Of a DNA stretch of 64,000 nucleotides, positions 30,705-40,793 are shown one piece after another (position 1 is the first letter of the stretch; each line of letters opens with the position of its first letter). Source of the DNA: Acidobacteriota bacterium. GTDB taxonomy: Bacteria > Acidobacteriota > UBA6911 > JACQSX01. The position numbers and the translations under genes were made by a program. The notes below the pieces were generated by a model that was given only the letters and a program-made list of their open reading frames with translations, was not told where the DNA came from and made no database searches. The stretch covers positions 1 through 64,000 of the forward strand of contig DASXQR010000221.1 of assembly GCA_036507075.1 (NCBI GenBank), in the 5' to 3' direction.

Positions 30705-32120
30705 TCAAATCGCAGGTCTAATTTCGTACTGCTCGATCTTTGTGAGGAGGGTTTTATAGCTAACCTTAAGTTCTTTAGCTGCAGCCCATTTATTCCAATT
30801 GGTTTTACGAAGGGTCTTTGAAATCATGTTCCTTTCGACCACAGCAGCAGCTCTTTTGCCAATTTCCTTCAAAAACAAGTCGCCTTCATTCTCCTCCAGG
30901 TAAATGTCCACCAGCTCATCTAATTCCTCGGATGTTTGGCGAGAAGTCTTGGTTTCCAGCTCCAGTCGAATGGATTCGGTGTCGCCCAGGACAACATAGC
31001 GCTTGATTATGTTTTCCAGCTCGCGAATGTTCCCTGGCCAGTGATACGTTTCAAACAAACTGTACAGCTCCTCAGGAAGTTGGCGAACCTCAGCGTTATA
31101 GTACTTACCAAATTTCTCGAGAAAATACTGACAGTAAAAGCTAATTTCATCCTTTCGCTTCCGCAGTGGGGGAATTTCGATATTCACCACATTTAGTCGA
31201 TAATACAAATCTTTTCGAAATGACCCCTTTTCGATTGTTTCTTCGAGCCTTTGATTGGTAGCAGCGATAACCCGTACATCGACTTCTACTTCCTGGTTAC
31301 TGCCTAGACGAGAAAACTTTCCGTCCTGAAGCACCTGCAGCAATTTTGCCTGGGTTGAGGGCGTGAATTCGGCGATTTCATCCAGGAAAACAGTGCCGCC
31401 GTTGGCAAATTCAAATTTGCCAGGCCGATCAATGTAAGCCCCTGTGAAGGCTCCCTTTTCATAACCAAAAAGCTCACTCTCAGCGAGTTCAGCTGGCATG
31501 GCTGCGCAGTTAACCTTCACAAAGGGGCGATTGCACCATTGGGAATGCTGATGAATGGTTCGTGCAACGATATCTTTGCCCACACCACTTTCTCCCTGAA
31601 GTAACACCGGGATTCGCGCATTGGCAATTTGGAGAATGGTATCAAGAATTTCCTTCATCCTTGGATTGCAAAAAATAAACTCGACCTTCCCATCCTTTTT
31701 TGTCGGGCGTTCACGTGCACATTCATTTTTCGGTATCTTACGTGTGATTTCGTCAATTGTATGATCCAACTCTTGGATGTCGAAGGGTTTTAACAAATAA
31801 TCGCGGGCCCCAGAACGGATGGCCTTTACCACGCTTTTGGGATCGCTCAGGGTTGTCAAAATCACAATCGGGACCGAACCAAGTTCACGACAGATATCCT
31901 CCAGGTCCTCTGATTCCCTGTGACTTGAAAGTGGATCGATAAATATGACGTCGGGTTGGATTTTGCGCTCATTGATAAGAGTTCTTGCTGCATCCCAATC
32001 GGGAGTTGTCATCACCTCATAGCCACTGGAGCCCAACTTCCTGGTCACATACCTTTGAAATGCGTCCTCATCGTCTATGAACAAGACTTTGCGTGGCTGG
32101 CCAGTCTCTGCGTGCATCAA
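30705..32120 (-). CDS. NtrC-family sigma-54-dependent response regulator
   Basis: Receiver (FIDDED, VIFID, KPF), AAA+ (GESGVGKD, GAFTGA, LDEI, WPGNIREL) and HTH; GGAGGG RBS. Confidence 0.93.
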   Translation of the reverse strand: MMHAETGQPRKVLFIDDEDAFQRYVTRKLGSSGYEVMTTPDWDAARTLINERKIQPDVIFIDPLSSHRESEDLEDICRELGSVPIVILTTLSDPKSVVKAIRSGARDYLLKPFDIQELDHTIDEITRKIPKNECARERPTKKDGKVEFIFCNPRMKEILDTILQIANARIPVLLQGESGVGKDIVARTIHQHSQWCNRPFVKVNCAAMPAELAESELFGYEKGAFTGAYIDRPGKFEFANGGTVFLDEIAEFTPSTQAKLLQVLQDGKFSRLGSNQEVEVDVRVIAATNQRLEETIEKGSFRKDLYYRLNVVNIEIPPLRKRKDEISFYCQYFLEKFGKYYNAEVRQLPEELYSLFETYHWPGNIRELENIIKRYVVLGDTESIRLELETKTSRQTSEELDELVDIYLEENEGDLFLKEIGKRAAAVVERNMISKTLRKTNWNKWAAAKELKVSYKTLLTKIEQYEIRPAI

Positions 32121-32185
32121 AATACTCCCTCCTATCCAAAATCTCGTCGCCGCTGACCAAAAAACAGCGAATCAAGGTAAGCGCG

Positions 32186-32593
32186 CTACTCGGTGCCCAG
32201 AATGGTGAGCGCTTTGATGGCAGATTTTGGAATGTAAGCCAGTTCGTTATTGGCGTCGTGGTCGGAAAGCCTAAGATACAGGCCCAGGGAATTCAGCAGT
32301 TCCCCGTCGTTTTTGACGGCGCCCTCCAAAGTCTCGCCGTCAAAGAACACCACTCTCACCCATAGCTTCTCGCTGATTGGTTGTTTCGTCAGGAAATCGA
32401 CTTCCTCATATTTGGGGTCGCCCTGAAAGTCTTTTACAAAAAAAATGGCTTTCAGGTCTTCCGGAGTAAAAATCTCTTCCTTGCCGTCTCTTGTGATGAC
32501 CTTGACGCAATCCTTTATCTTGTCCTCTCGGCTGAATCCGGAGACAACTGTTCCCTGACAAGTCCGGACGATAACTTTACCTAAAGCGTTCAT
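32186..32593 (-). CDS. Small two-repeat beta protein (DUF6982-like), paralogue B
   Basis: Same motifs as 29879..30292 (KAIFFVKDF.GDPK, TKQPISEK, LEGAVKN, DANNE). Confidence 0.75.
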   Translation of the reverse strand: MNALGKVIVRTCQGTVVSGFSREDKIKDCVKVITRDGKEEIFTPEDLKAIFFVKDFQGDPKYEEVDFLTKQPISEKLWVRVVFFDGETLEGAVKNDGELLNSLGLYLRLSDHDANNELAYIPKSAIKALTILGTE

Positions 32594-32644
32594 GGGAATA
32601 GATTGTTGGCGAGCTAGCGCACTGTAACACTTGATTCGGTAGCG

Positions 32645-32734
32645 GTAGAGACGGCCCGCTCGGCCGTCTCATTCTTAGACGTAGAGACGCGGCGTGCCGC
32701 GTCTGAACTCTGACGCGGCATGCCGCGTCTCTAC
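32645..32734. repeat. Cluster of GTAG-type REP-like palindromes
   Basis: GTAGAGACGGCCCGCTCGGCCGTCTC, GTAGAGACGCGGCGTGCCGCGTCT, and inverted GACGCGGCATGCCGCGTCTCTAC. Confidence 0.75.
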
Positions 32735-32773
32735 GGTATCGATTCAAGGGGACAAACCTCTATAAAATTGGGA

Positions 32774-33388
32774 TCAATTTGCTTCAAGACTGCGCAGCAC
32801 CACGGAGATCGGTCTTTGCCCCTCGATCTCCACCAGGAGCCGAAGCCCGCTGCCCCCTTCAAAATCGAGATGGAATTCGCCAAACTGATTGGTAACCGTT
32901 CTGGCAACCAACTTTTTTTCCCGCACCAGGAATATCGAGGAGGCCCTAATTCTCCGGTGGGGCCTGGCGGAATTCAGTACTTGTCCTGCCAGAGAAATCC
33001 GGTTCGATTCGGACTCTGAATCCACGCGCGTATCGATCAGGAAATTCCCCGCCCTGTAGAGGGCCTGCCGTGCGGGCCGCCTGGAATTGCGCAATCCCGC
33101 AGGTGCAGGCTGGCGGAGACTATCAAAGATCAGCCGCGCAACACTCATTTTTCCGGAGGGGATTCTCCACACTTCCGCGAAAAGGGCCTTTGCCCGACGA
33201 ACCGTGTTTTCAGGCGGCTGGTAGAAAAATTCCCTGGTCGCGACGTTATGGACGCTTCGCCAAATTTCCAAAATTTTGGAGCATTTCTCGCAGCCATGAT
33301 TGAGATGACTCTGCATTGCCGACCTTTGGTCCGCCGGTATAGTCTGGCGAGCGAAATCGGCCCAGTCCTCTAAGCTGAAGTGCTTCAT
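32774..33388 (-). CDS. Soluble anti-sigma-like protein: N-terminal zinc finger (H-x4-C-x2-C) plus C-terminal transthyretin/carboxypeptidase-regulatory-like beta domain
   Basis: MKHFS..SHLNHGCEKC resembles the zf-HC2/ZAS motif; LIFDS..PAGLR; LAGQVL, TNQFGEFHL; no TM segment. Confidence 0.7.
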   Translation of the reverse strand: MKHFSLEDWADFARQTIPADQRSAMQSHLNHGCEKCSKILEIWRSVHNVATREFFYQPPENTVRRAKALFAEVWRIPSGKMSVARLIFDSLRQPAPAGLRNSRRPARQALYRAGNFLIDTRVDSESESNRISLAGQVLNSARPHRRIRASSIFLVREKKLVARTVTNQFGEFHLDFEGGSGLRLLVEIEGQRPISVVLRSLEAN

Positions 33389-33504
33389 CTAACACCTTTC
33401 CCTGAAAGCAGATTTACCTCCGTTCATTCTCAGCACCGAACTTCTTGCCATCTATGAAGAAGGGTAGGCAGCGAGCAAAAAAATATAGGCACATAAAAAA
33501 TAAT

Positions 33505-36393
33505 CTAATTAGACGAGGCAAAGGCCTTGCCGACAAGTGCGAAGGGAGCCCAATAATAGGGATGAGCATAGCGCTGGCGCAAGTCCAGCATTGCCTCACG
33601 CAGCGCCAGCGCCTTCTGGCCATGCTGCCGCAATCGACCGTAGAAAGACTTCATGAACTCGGCTGTACTTGCATCGTGAACGTCCCACATTGTCAACAGC
33701 AGGGTCTGTGCTCCCGCGTACAGCAGACCTCGAGCCAGGCCCAGTAACTCGTCTCCTCCAGCGACCACGTTCAAACCGGTGGCACACCCGCTCAGTGTCA
33801 CCAGTTCCACCGGCAATTTCAGTTTATACAGGTCATACAGGTTCAGATAGGAGCCGCCCAGGCGAATGGCCGAAAACATGGGGTTGTCCTGCCGGAAAGA
33901 ACCATGCGTAGCGATGTGAACCACCCGGCTGGTCGGGCCTTTCCGGCTGAGGACCGCCTCGTTCGCTTCAGAGCCGAGAAAAACCTCAGAGCCGGGAAGC
34001 ATGGCCGCCACCGATTCAACCTCTTGCAGGATGGACGGCGCATGCAGATCGGGAACTCCCAAAATCAACGATGGGCCTGTGGCATTGGCAGATTTGCGGT
34101 GGCAATTGGCATAGATGTCGGCACTTGGAGCATAAGAGAGCGTAAACGAATCGATAAGATATCGCTTTCCGTCAAACAGGGCTTGAAACGGCAGATAATG
34201 CAGGACACCGTGCGGCACCATGACAAGATGAGTTCCCTGCAGGCGCCGACGCACCGGGGCTATCAGCTCGTTGTATAGCTCGCGCAGATGAGCATTTGTG
34301 GCGCTCAGAAAGGATTCCCTGAATGTGGCAATATAGTCCTCGCCAAGGCAAAATTTGGCTAATTGAAAGCGCAGCATGCGCAGCATGCCGGTCACTCTGG
34401 ATAGAGAGGTCACCGGCAGGATTTCAAGTCTTTTTCGCGTGAGCAGCGCCGCGACCACACGGTCATCGACGCGGAAGTACTCCACGATGGTGGTATCGGG
34501 GGTCAAAGCGGCCCGTATTTCCTCCACGCTCGAGACCGCAGGCGGATGCAGCGCGACATGCTCCGGTTCCGACGGAGGGAGATCTCGGAGCAGATGTTGC
34601 AATTCACCTTCGCGCGCGCGGGCCCGATCTTGAAGTTGCTCGATCCGCTTCGGGGAGAGCTCTTCCCACCGAAGCTGTTCCAGCTCAACACGGCGATAAC
34701 ACCAGTTTAGCTCCTCGCGCAGATCCCGGATTCGCCGGACCAGTTCGCTCTGGTCCCGTCCCGATTTTCCAGCAGGCAGAGGGTGCGCGCGTCCGAAGAT
34801 CAGGTCTCTCAGACTGCGTGACTTCGCCTGCTCGATATAGCCAAAAGCATTCTCCGTTGTTACCAGGTTTGAATCCCCGCGCAAGTGGAGTCTCACGAGG
34901 CCCTCGTAAACCTCCTGCTTGTTCTTCATGAACGCAATCTTGAGCTCTTCGGCGCGGAGGCCGGTGTGTAGCTTTTCCAGCGTGCGGCGGGCCTTCTGAT
35001 AGCAATCGCAGGCTTTCGCAACGTCTCCAGCAGTGTCCTGGATCCGGCCCATCAGGATGTGCGCCTGATAACTGAGGATCGGTGATTCAATCTTCGCCAG
35101 TTGCATCAGAGCCTCCGAGCAATGCCGGCGTCCGGACGCCAAGTCATTGGCGTAAACGGACAGCCGCGCCAGCAGCAGCTTGCAGAGAACAGCTTTGCCG
35201 GGGAGGATGGACGAGCCGAAGAAGTCCAGCGCGGCCACGGTCAATTGCCGCGCTTCAAAAAATCGGCCGGCGTTGAAAAGCACCAGAGCCTGATACAAAT
35301 CGATGAGTGACGGCCAGACGCGGTTCTTTTCCCGAACAAACATGCCTCTCGCCTGCCTGAAAAGATCCAATGCCCGCGAAATGTCTTTCTGTTCGCTTCT
35401 CGCAATGGCCAGGTTCACCAACGACTTGGCGGCCTCGTACCCCATTCCGAGGCGCTGGAATTGGGTAAAACCTTCCTGGGCCATTTCCGCCGCTTCCTCA
35501 ACCAGATTCAGTTCAAGGAAGATTTCTGATTGATCCAGGTTGCACAAGGCCAGGTGGTAAGCATCGCCGTATCTACCGCACGACTCGCGCGTGGCGCTCA
35601 ATAACTCGATGGCACGGCTGTATTCTCCTCGCAGGTAATACAAGTAGGCGATGTTGTAGTCGGCCTGTACCGTCAGCAGCACCAGCCCGTGCTGTTCGCT
35701 GAGAGCACGCGCATTCTGATAGGCCTCCAGGGCCCGGTGAAAATCGTTCAAGCTGATCAGGCATACCGCCATGTTGTGAAGAGTCACTGCGATGCCTTCG
35801 ATGTCTTGATAAGGCAGCAGTTGTTGATAGGCGCGTTCGTAGCAGGCGAGGGCATCCGCGAACCGGTCCTGGCGGTGCAGAATATTCCCGAGATTGTTCT
35901 CCAGACGGGCCAGGCGCCGGTTTTCACGTTTCTCGGTGAAGATCTTCCGGGCCAGCTCGGCCGCAGTGTAGGCCTGCTGGTATTCGCCCAGAAGAGCAAG
36001 CGGTTGGATGGATGAATTCAACGTCCTTGCCACTTCGTTGTCCCGGCCCAGTTCACGGAACAGGACCAGGCACTGTTCATGCAGATCAACCGCGGAGCGA
36101 TTTTGGCCCATGAAATACAGCGCATTCGCCTTGGCACGCAGGCTTATCGCCAGAGTCTCTTTATTGTCGATTTCTCGCGCTACCGCCACAGCGGCCTCGG
36201 CCAGCCGGAGAGACTGTGGCACGTCCACTCTGAGGTGATCATAAACGGCTCTGGCGAGCTTTTCGGCCACGTCCGCGCGAAGCAGCCGCTGGTGCCGGCG
36301 CAGAAATCTTTGTCTTCCAGCCTCGTCTGGAAGAGCCGCGATCTTTTCGAAAAGTTTCTCGGTGCGGGGGTTTTTTACCTCTTTTGATTTCAC
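33505..36393 (-). CDS. TPR-repeat CHAT-domain (caspase-like) cysteine protease
   Basis: Many TPR-like helical repeats, coiled coil, VPHGVLHYLPF, catalytic His in HIATHG, catalytic Cys in LSGCATG, HPYYWAPF. GTG start at 36393 overlaps the sigma stop (GTGA). Confidence 0.92.
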   Translation of the reverse strand: MKSKEVKNPRTEKLFEKIAALPDEAGRQRFLRRHQRLLRADVAEKLARAVYDHLRVDVPQSLRLAEAAVAVAREIDNKETLAISLRAKANALYFMGQNRSAVDLHEQCLVLFRELGRDNEVARTLNSSIQPLALLGEYQQAYTAAELARKIFTEKRENRRLARLENNLGNILHRQDRFADALACYERAYQQLLPYQDIEGIAVTLHNMAVCLISLNDFHRALEAYQNARALSEQHGLVLLTVQADYNIAYLYYLRGEYSRAIELLSATRESCGRYGDAYHLALCNLDQSEIFLELNLVEEAAEMAQEGFTQFQRLGMGYEAAKSLVNLAIARSEQKDISRALDLFRQARGMFVREKNRVWPSLIDLYQALVLFNAGRFFEARQLTVAALDFFGSSILPGKAVLCKLLLARLSVYANDLASGRRHCSEALMQLAKIESPILSYQAHILMGRIQDTAGDVAKACDCYQKARRTLEKLHTGLRAEELKIAFMKNKQEVYEGLVRLHLRGDSNLVTTENAFGYIEQAKSRSLRDLIFGRAHPLPAGKSGRDQSELVRRIRDLREELNWCYRRVELEQLRWEELSPKRIEQLQDRARAREGELQHLLRDLPPSEPEHVALHPPAVSSVEEIRAALTPDTTIVEYFRVDDRVVAALLTRKRLEILPVTSLSRVTGMLRMLRFQLAKFCLGEDYIATFRESFLSATNAHLRELYNELIAPVRRRLQGTHLVMVPHGVLHYLPFQALFDGKRYLIDSFTLSYAPSADIYANCHRKSANATGPSLILGVPDLHAPSILQEVESVAAMLPGSEVFLGSEANEAVLSRKGPTSRVVHIATHGSFRQDNPMFSAIRLGGSYLNLYDLYKLKLPVELVTLSGCATGLNVVAGGDELLGLARGLLYAGAQTLLLTMWDVHDASTAEFMKSFYGRLRQHGQKALALREAMLDLRQRYAHPYYWAPFALVGKAFASSN

Positions 36394-37004
36394 TTGAAAC
36401 CCTTCTTCTCCAAAGCCTGCTTCAGTCGTTTCAAACATCGCATCCGAATGAATCCGACAGAACCCGTCTTGAGTCCCAGTCTGGCGGCAATATCCTGATA
36501 TGGACGGGCCGGCTCTTCGAAGAACAGCATCTGAAGCAACTGATGGCAGCGCGGTGACATCTCCAACAAAGCCTCGCGCAGGATCTGCTCGCGCTCGAGC
36601 TGGTGCAGCACATCCTCAGGTAAATCCCCGTCCGTCTGAAGGGACGTCTCCTCGTGTAACTCTACGGCCGCAAACCGCCTGTGATGCCTGTTGTGATGAA
36701 AACATCTGTGCGAAGCGACCTTGATCAGCCATGCCGGCAAAGCCCGTGGCTGTTGCAGCCGCGGCAATTCGGAAAGAAGGTCCAGGCAAACCCCCTGAAA
36801 AATGTCGCTGGCGTCCTCCGGAGATAACTGATACTTGATGGGGATAGAGAAGATCAGATTCTTGTATTTATCAATCAGCGCCGACCAGGCTTCGTTGCTC
36901 CCTTTGAGACACTCACGAACCAGACGTTCATCCGTCCAGGACACCTTTCCTGCCCGAGCAACTTTGATTTCTGGTCCACTGGCAGCCTTTTGACGAATTC
37001 TCAT
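36390..37004 (-). CDS. ECF-type RNA polymerase sigma factor
   Basis: DERLVRECL..AWSALIDKY, DASDIFQ, WLIKVA (region 2); YQDIAARLG..GSVGFIRMRCL (region 4). Confidence 0.9.
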   Translation of the reverse strand: MRIRQKAASGPEIKVARAGKVSWTDERLVRECLKGSNEAWSALIDKYKNLIFSIPIKYQLSPEDASDIFQGVCLDLLSELPRLQQPRALPAWLIKVASHRCFHHNRHHRRFAAVELHEETSLQTDGDLPEDVLHQLEREQILREALLEMSPRCHQLLQMLFFEEPARPYQDIAARLGLKTGSVGFIRMRCLKRLKQALEKKGFK

Positions 37005-38764
37005 GGCACATTCTTGCGAATGAAAAGCTGCTCTGCATTCCAGAGGACGTAATCGTCCAATACCACAGGCCGCAGGTTTCCAACCTTCTCTCTGGCCGCC
37101 ACCAGGATGTTCGGGCTTGCCAGACAGATCATCGGCTGGTTGTCGGCCATCAGTTGCTGCACTCTGTCATAGATGCGTTTACGCTGCTGATAGTTGGGAG
37201 TGATCAGTTGCAACTTCATCAGCCGATCGATCTCGGCCTCCCAGGCGGTCGCCGGATGGCTCTGCCCGACATTCCAAATGTGCGTCCGGCCGCTCGACAG
37301 CATCACGTTCATTTCGGAATTCGGATCCGCGTCACCGCTGGCCAGGGAGAGAATGGCGGCCTCGTAGTCGTAGGTACGAAGTGCCCGGTCTATGACGGTG
37401 CGAAATTCGAGGCTTACCACATTTACCGTCATTCCGAGCTGCTTTAAGTCGTCCTGAATTATTGTCGCCATCTGTCCGCGCTGCGTGTTTCCCGCGCTGG
37501 TCAGGATGGAAAATTCAACTTTTTGGCCGCCTGCGTCGGCAAGAGCTCCGTCCTTCCAGGAAAAGCCGGCGCTCTCCAATAATTTCCGGGCGCGCTCGAG
37601 CGAACGCTGGGGCTGTGCGATGGCGCGGTTGACCCAGAGCGTGTTGGCGGGCGTCACGTGAATGGCCAGAGGCGCAGCTCGCCCCTTGTAAACGAGCTGG
37701 GTGATTGCCTGGCGATCTATCGCTGCCGACACAGCCTGGCGGAATTCCGTCTGGCGGAACCAGGATTGTTTCCGTGAAATGTCGGTCAGGCCCTTCGACC
37801 GTAGATCGTTCAGATTGAAGAACAAGAAATTATATTCAAAGCCCGGTCCCAGATCGAAGAGCTTGTAATCGCCCGGCCGCTGCAAACGCTGCAGCACGGA
37901 AAAGTTCTGCGCCCCCACCCGGCTGACGATGTCGACTTCGCCGCTCTGGAAACGCATCACCTGCGCATCCTCGCTTGGACTGGGAACAAATACCACCTCG
38001 TCCAGGTAAGGCAGACGATTTCCGTTCTGATCCGACTTCCAGTAGAAAGGGTTGCGCCGCAGCACCAGTTGCTGGCCCGGAACATAGGCATGCAGTTGAA
38101 AGGGACCGAGGCCGGCAATTTTGTCGGGTGGCGTGTTAAGGCTCCAGACCTGGCGCAACAGGCCCTGCTGGTAATCCTTTTCCAGTAGATGACGCGGAAG
38201 GATGGCAATGCTGTCGAAAATCCTTTCCGCAGCGGCATAAGATCGCGCCAGCTCGAACATCACTGTGTGATCGTCAATCTTTCGGCACTGTATCGGTGTG
38301 TTCTCCACCACGAGCAGATCGCGCTGCGGGGCGCCCACTTTTTCATCCAGATAGACTTTGAAGCTGAAGGTCACGTCATCGGCTGTGAATGGAAAACCAT
38401 CAGAAAACTTGATTCCACGTCGCAGGTTTAATGTATAGCGGCGAAGATCGGGCGAAACGGCCCACGAAGTGGCCAAGGCGGGCTGGGTCTGAAGTGTGGA
38501 ACGATCAATGTGAACCAGATCCCCCATCAGGCGGTAGATTACCTCACGCGAAGGCAGATCAAGGGCGAGGACCGGATTCAAGGTTTTTGGCTCACCGCGC
38601 TGTGAGACGATCAGCCTGCCGCCCTGGTTGCCGGCCGGCGTTTTGCTAACCAGCAGCTCTTCACGCCCGGGGCGAGCCGGTTGAGACCCACCCGACGGGA
38701 CAGTCGCAACCGCTGCAGCCAGCAGACACAGTGCGAGATTTCTTGCGAGCCAAGCATGACTCAT
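37001..38764 (-). CDS. Opp/Dpp-family (SBP family 5) peptide ABC transporter substrate-binding protein
   Basis: Signal peptide, EPKTLNP, FSDG.PFTADDV.FS, GLGPF, RNPFYW, PYLDEV. Confidence 0.9.
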   Translation of the reverse strand: MSHAWLARNLALCLLAAAVATVPSGGSQPARPGREELLVSKTPAGNQGGRLIVSQRGEPKTLNPVLALDLPSREVIYRLMGDLVHIDRSTLQTQPALATSWAVSPDLRRYTLNLRRGIKFSDGFPFTADDVTFSFKVYLDEKVGAPQRDLLVVENTPIQCRKIDDHTVMFELARSYAAAERIFDSIAILPRHLLEKDYQQGLLRQVWSLNTPPDKIAGLGPFQLHAYVPGQQLVLRRNPFYWKSDQNGNRLPYLDEVVFVPSPSEDAQVMRFQSGEVDIVSRVGAQNFSVLQRLQRPGDYKLFDLGPGFEYNFLFFNLNDLRSKGLTDISRKQSWFRQTEFRQAVSAAIDRQAITQLVYKGRAAPLAIHVTPANTLWVNRAIAQPQRSLERARKLLESAGFSWKDGALADAGGQKVEFSILTSAGNTQRGQMATIIQDDLKQLGMTVNVVSLEFRTVIDRALRTYDYEAAILSLASGDADPNSEMNVMLSSGRTHIWNVGQSHPATAWEAEIDRLMKLQLITPNYQQRKRIYDRVQQLMADNQPMICLASPNILVAAREKVGNLRPVVLDDYVLWNAEQLFIRKNVP

Positions 38765-38804
38765 CGCGCCCCCCTTTTTGGCTAGCGCGTTACGCTTGAG
38801 TGCG

Positions 38805-39821
38805 TCAAAGCCGCATTTTTATCGTATTTGCAAGAGTATAGTACCCCCAGATAAGAGGAATCAAGGCAAGCCCGGGAATGAACATCCACCAGTACGATAG
38901 CAGTACATGGTACTGCTGAAGAGTCGAGAGCATGTTTCCCCAACTCGCAGTGGGTTCGCTTACTCCCAGTCCCAGGAAAGAGAGTGTCACTTCCGCCAGG
39001 ATATATTGCGGGATAAGAACAGAGGCTTGCGTGAGCATAACTCCGCGTGTCTGGGGCGCTACGTGACGCCCGACCAGGTAGGCGCCGGAAGCTCCAAGTC
39101 CGCGCGCCGCCACAACAAAATCTTTCTCCTTGGCGCTCAGCACCACGCCGCGAATCAGCCGAGCCGGCCGAGCCCAACCAAGAACTCCTATAACAACCAC
39201 CACCAGCAGGAAAGCTTTCCCGGCTGAAACGTGAAGCGGCATCACCGCCCGCACGGCAAACAGCAGGTAAAGCCACGGAAGCGCCATGAAAACCTCGGCG
39301 CACCGCATTACTACTTCATCCAACCATCCCGCCTGCAGTCCGGCCATCATCCCCAGCAGGAAGCCCAGGCCCAGCGAAAGAGCGGTGGCAGCCAAACCGG
39401 CCGCGATGGAAATTTGACCGCCGAAAAGCAGCCTTGAAAACTGATCGCGGCCAAAATCGTCGCTGCCGAACAAAAAAATTCGGCCGGGTTCGTCCACTCC
39501 GAACAGGTGCCATCGCGTTGGAAATAACCCACCGGCTTTGTAGCCGTGGCCCCTGACCATCCATTTGATCGGGTAGACTTGCGAACGCTCCTCCTCATAA
39601 GCTTCCGGATTGTGCGGTTGCGCCCGAACACCATAGACGAAAGGCCGCAGATGAAATCTCTGGTAGCGATCAAAAAAATGAATTCTGGTGGGAGGCGCAA
39701 ACGCGAGCGTCCGGTTTTGCATGGTCGGATCGTAAGGTGAAAAGAATCCCGCAAAAAGAATCAAACCGTGCCACAGGGCCAGACTCGCCCCTGCAAAGCG
39801 AAAGAGCCGTTTTGGATTCAT
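38805..39821 (-). CDS. OppC/DppC-type ABC permease
   Basis: True start MNPKR at 39821 (ATGA overlap with OppB); GSDDFGRDQFSRL, EAA loop FVVAARGLGAS, LSFLGLG, SWGNML. Confidence 0.9.
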   Translation of the reverse strand: MNPKRLFRFAGASLALWHGLILFAGFFSPYDPTMQNRTLAFAPPTRIHFFDRYQRFHLRPFVYGVRAQPHNPEAYEEERSQVYPIKWMVRGHGYKAGGLFPTRWHLFGVDEPGRIFLFGSDDFGRDQFSRLLFGGQISIAAGLAATALSLGLGFLLGMMAGLQAGWLDEVVMRCAEVFMALPWLYLLFAVRAVMPLHVSAGKAFLLVVVVIGVLGWARPARLIRGVVLSAKEKDFVVAARGLGASGAYLVGRHVAPQTRGVMLTQASVLIPQYILAEVTLSFLGLGVSEPTASWGNMLSTLQQYHVLLSYWWMFIPGLALIPLIWGYYTLANTIKMRL

Positions 39822-40786
39822 TGCTTTGCCCGAATCCGCGGGTCGCTGGCATACAGCAGCAGGTCCGCAATCAGATTTCCACCGGCGAGAAAGGCAGTCG
39901 ACAGGAGGACGCAACCGACCACCAGATGAAAATCTCTGGCAAGGATGGCTTCCAACAGCAGGCGACCCAGTCCCGGCCAGCTCATTACGATCTCCACCAG
40001 CAGTGAAGAACTCAGCAGCTCGGAAATGGATAAGCCGAACAGCGAAATCACCGGATTCGCCGAGGCCCGGAGCGCGTGCCCCACCAGGAGACGAGAATCG
40101 GGCAAACCGCGCGCCCGAGCGGCTAATATGAACGGGGAATCGAGCACGTCGGAAACAGCCCTGCGAACGTGCGGCAGCAGCATTGGCAATGTCACAAGAA
40201 CCAGGCACAGAACCGGAAGGACCAGATGGGCCATGAGATCTCCGGTTGTGGTCCCCCAGCCGCGAGAGGACAACGCCGTAGAAGAAATACCGCCCACCGG
40301 CAACAAACCGCTGCGCAGCGCAAACAAAAGCAGAATCAGCGCTAGCATCAGGTGGGGAATGGCGAGAAGAATCACGTTCGCGCCGCCGAACAGAATATCC
40401 TGCCACTTGCCTCGACGGGCAGCGATCCAGGCGCCCGTGGGAATAGCGATCAGCCAGGACAACACCATGGCCGTGACGGTCAAAAGCAGTGTATTGGCGG
40501 CTCGATGCCAAAGCAGAGGAGCCGCCGCCATGTTATACGCCACGGAGAATCCCAGATCGCCGTGGGCGACCGATCGAGCCCATTGAGCGTATTTGACTCC
40601 TATCGGCTGGTCGAGTGCGTATTTTGCCTTGAGATTAGCGATGGTTTGCTCGGATACCTGAGGATTCAGCCGCAGTTCATCCAGGAAGTTTCCGGGAGCG
40701 ATCTCAAAGAGTAGGAAGGTCAGAACAGAAACTGCCGCAAGCAGGAATAAGCTGTTTATGATCCGCCGCAGACAGTAGCGGATCAT
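39818..40786 (-). CDS. OppB/DppB-type ABC permease
   Basis: MIRYCLRRI, LDQP, GDLGFS, AARARGL, WPGLG, NLIADLL..SDPRIR. Confidence 0.9.
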   Translation of the reverse strand: MIRYCLRRIINSLFLLAAVSVLTFLLFEIAPGNFLDELRLNPQVSEQTIANLKAKYALDQPIGVKYAQWARSVAHGDLGFSVAYNMAAAPLLWHRAANTLLLTVTAMVLSWLIAIPTGAWIAARRGKWQDILFGGANVILLAIPHLMLALILLLFALRSGLLPVGGISSTALSSRGWGTTTGDLMAHLVLPVLCLVLVTLPMLLPHVRRAVSDVLDSPFILAARARGLPDSRLLVGHALRASANPVISLFGLSISELLSSSLLVEIVMSWPGLGRLLLEAILARDFHLVVGCVLLSTAFLAGGNLIADLLLYASDPRIRAKQ

Positions 40787-40793
40787 TTTGTGC

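Noticed and set aside
33505..37004. Type III-E/III-B CRISPR-associated protease (CASP) module
   Set aside because: No Cas7-11, Cas10, SAVED/CARF domain or array; only the TPR-CHAT/sigma logic is shared.
39822..40511. 230-aa N-terminal extension of OppC in the ORF track
   Set aside because: It lies out of frame inside oppB; the ATG at 39821 overlaps the oppB stop and gives a normal-sized permease.
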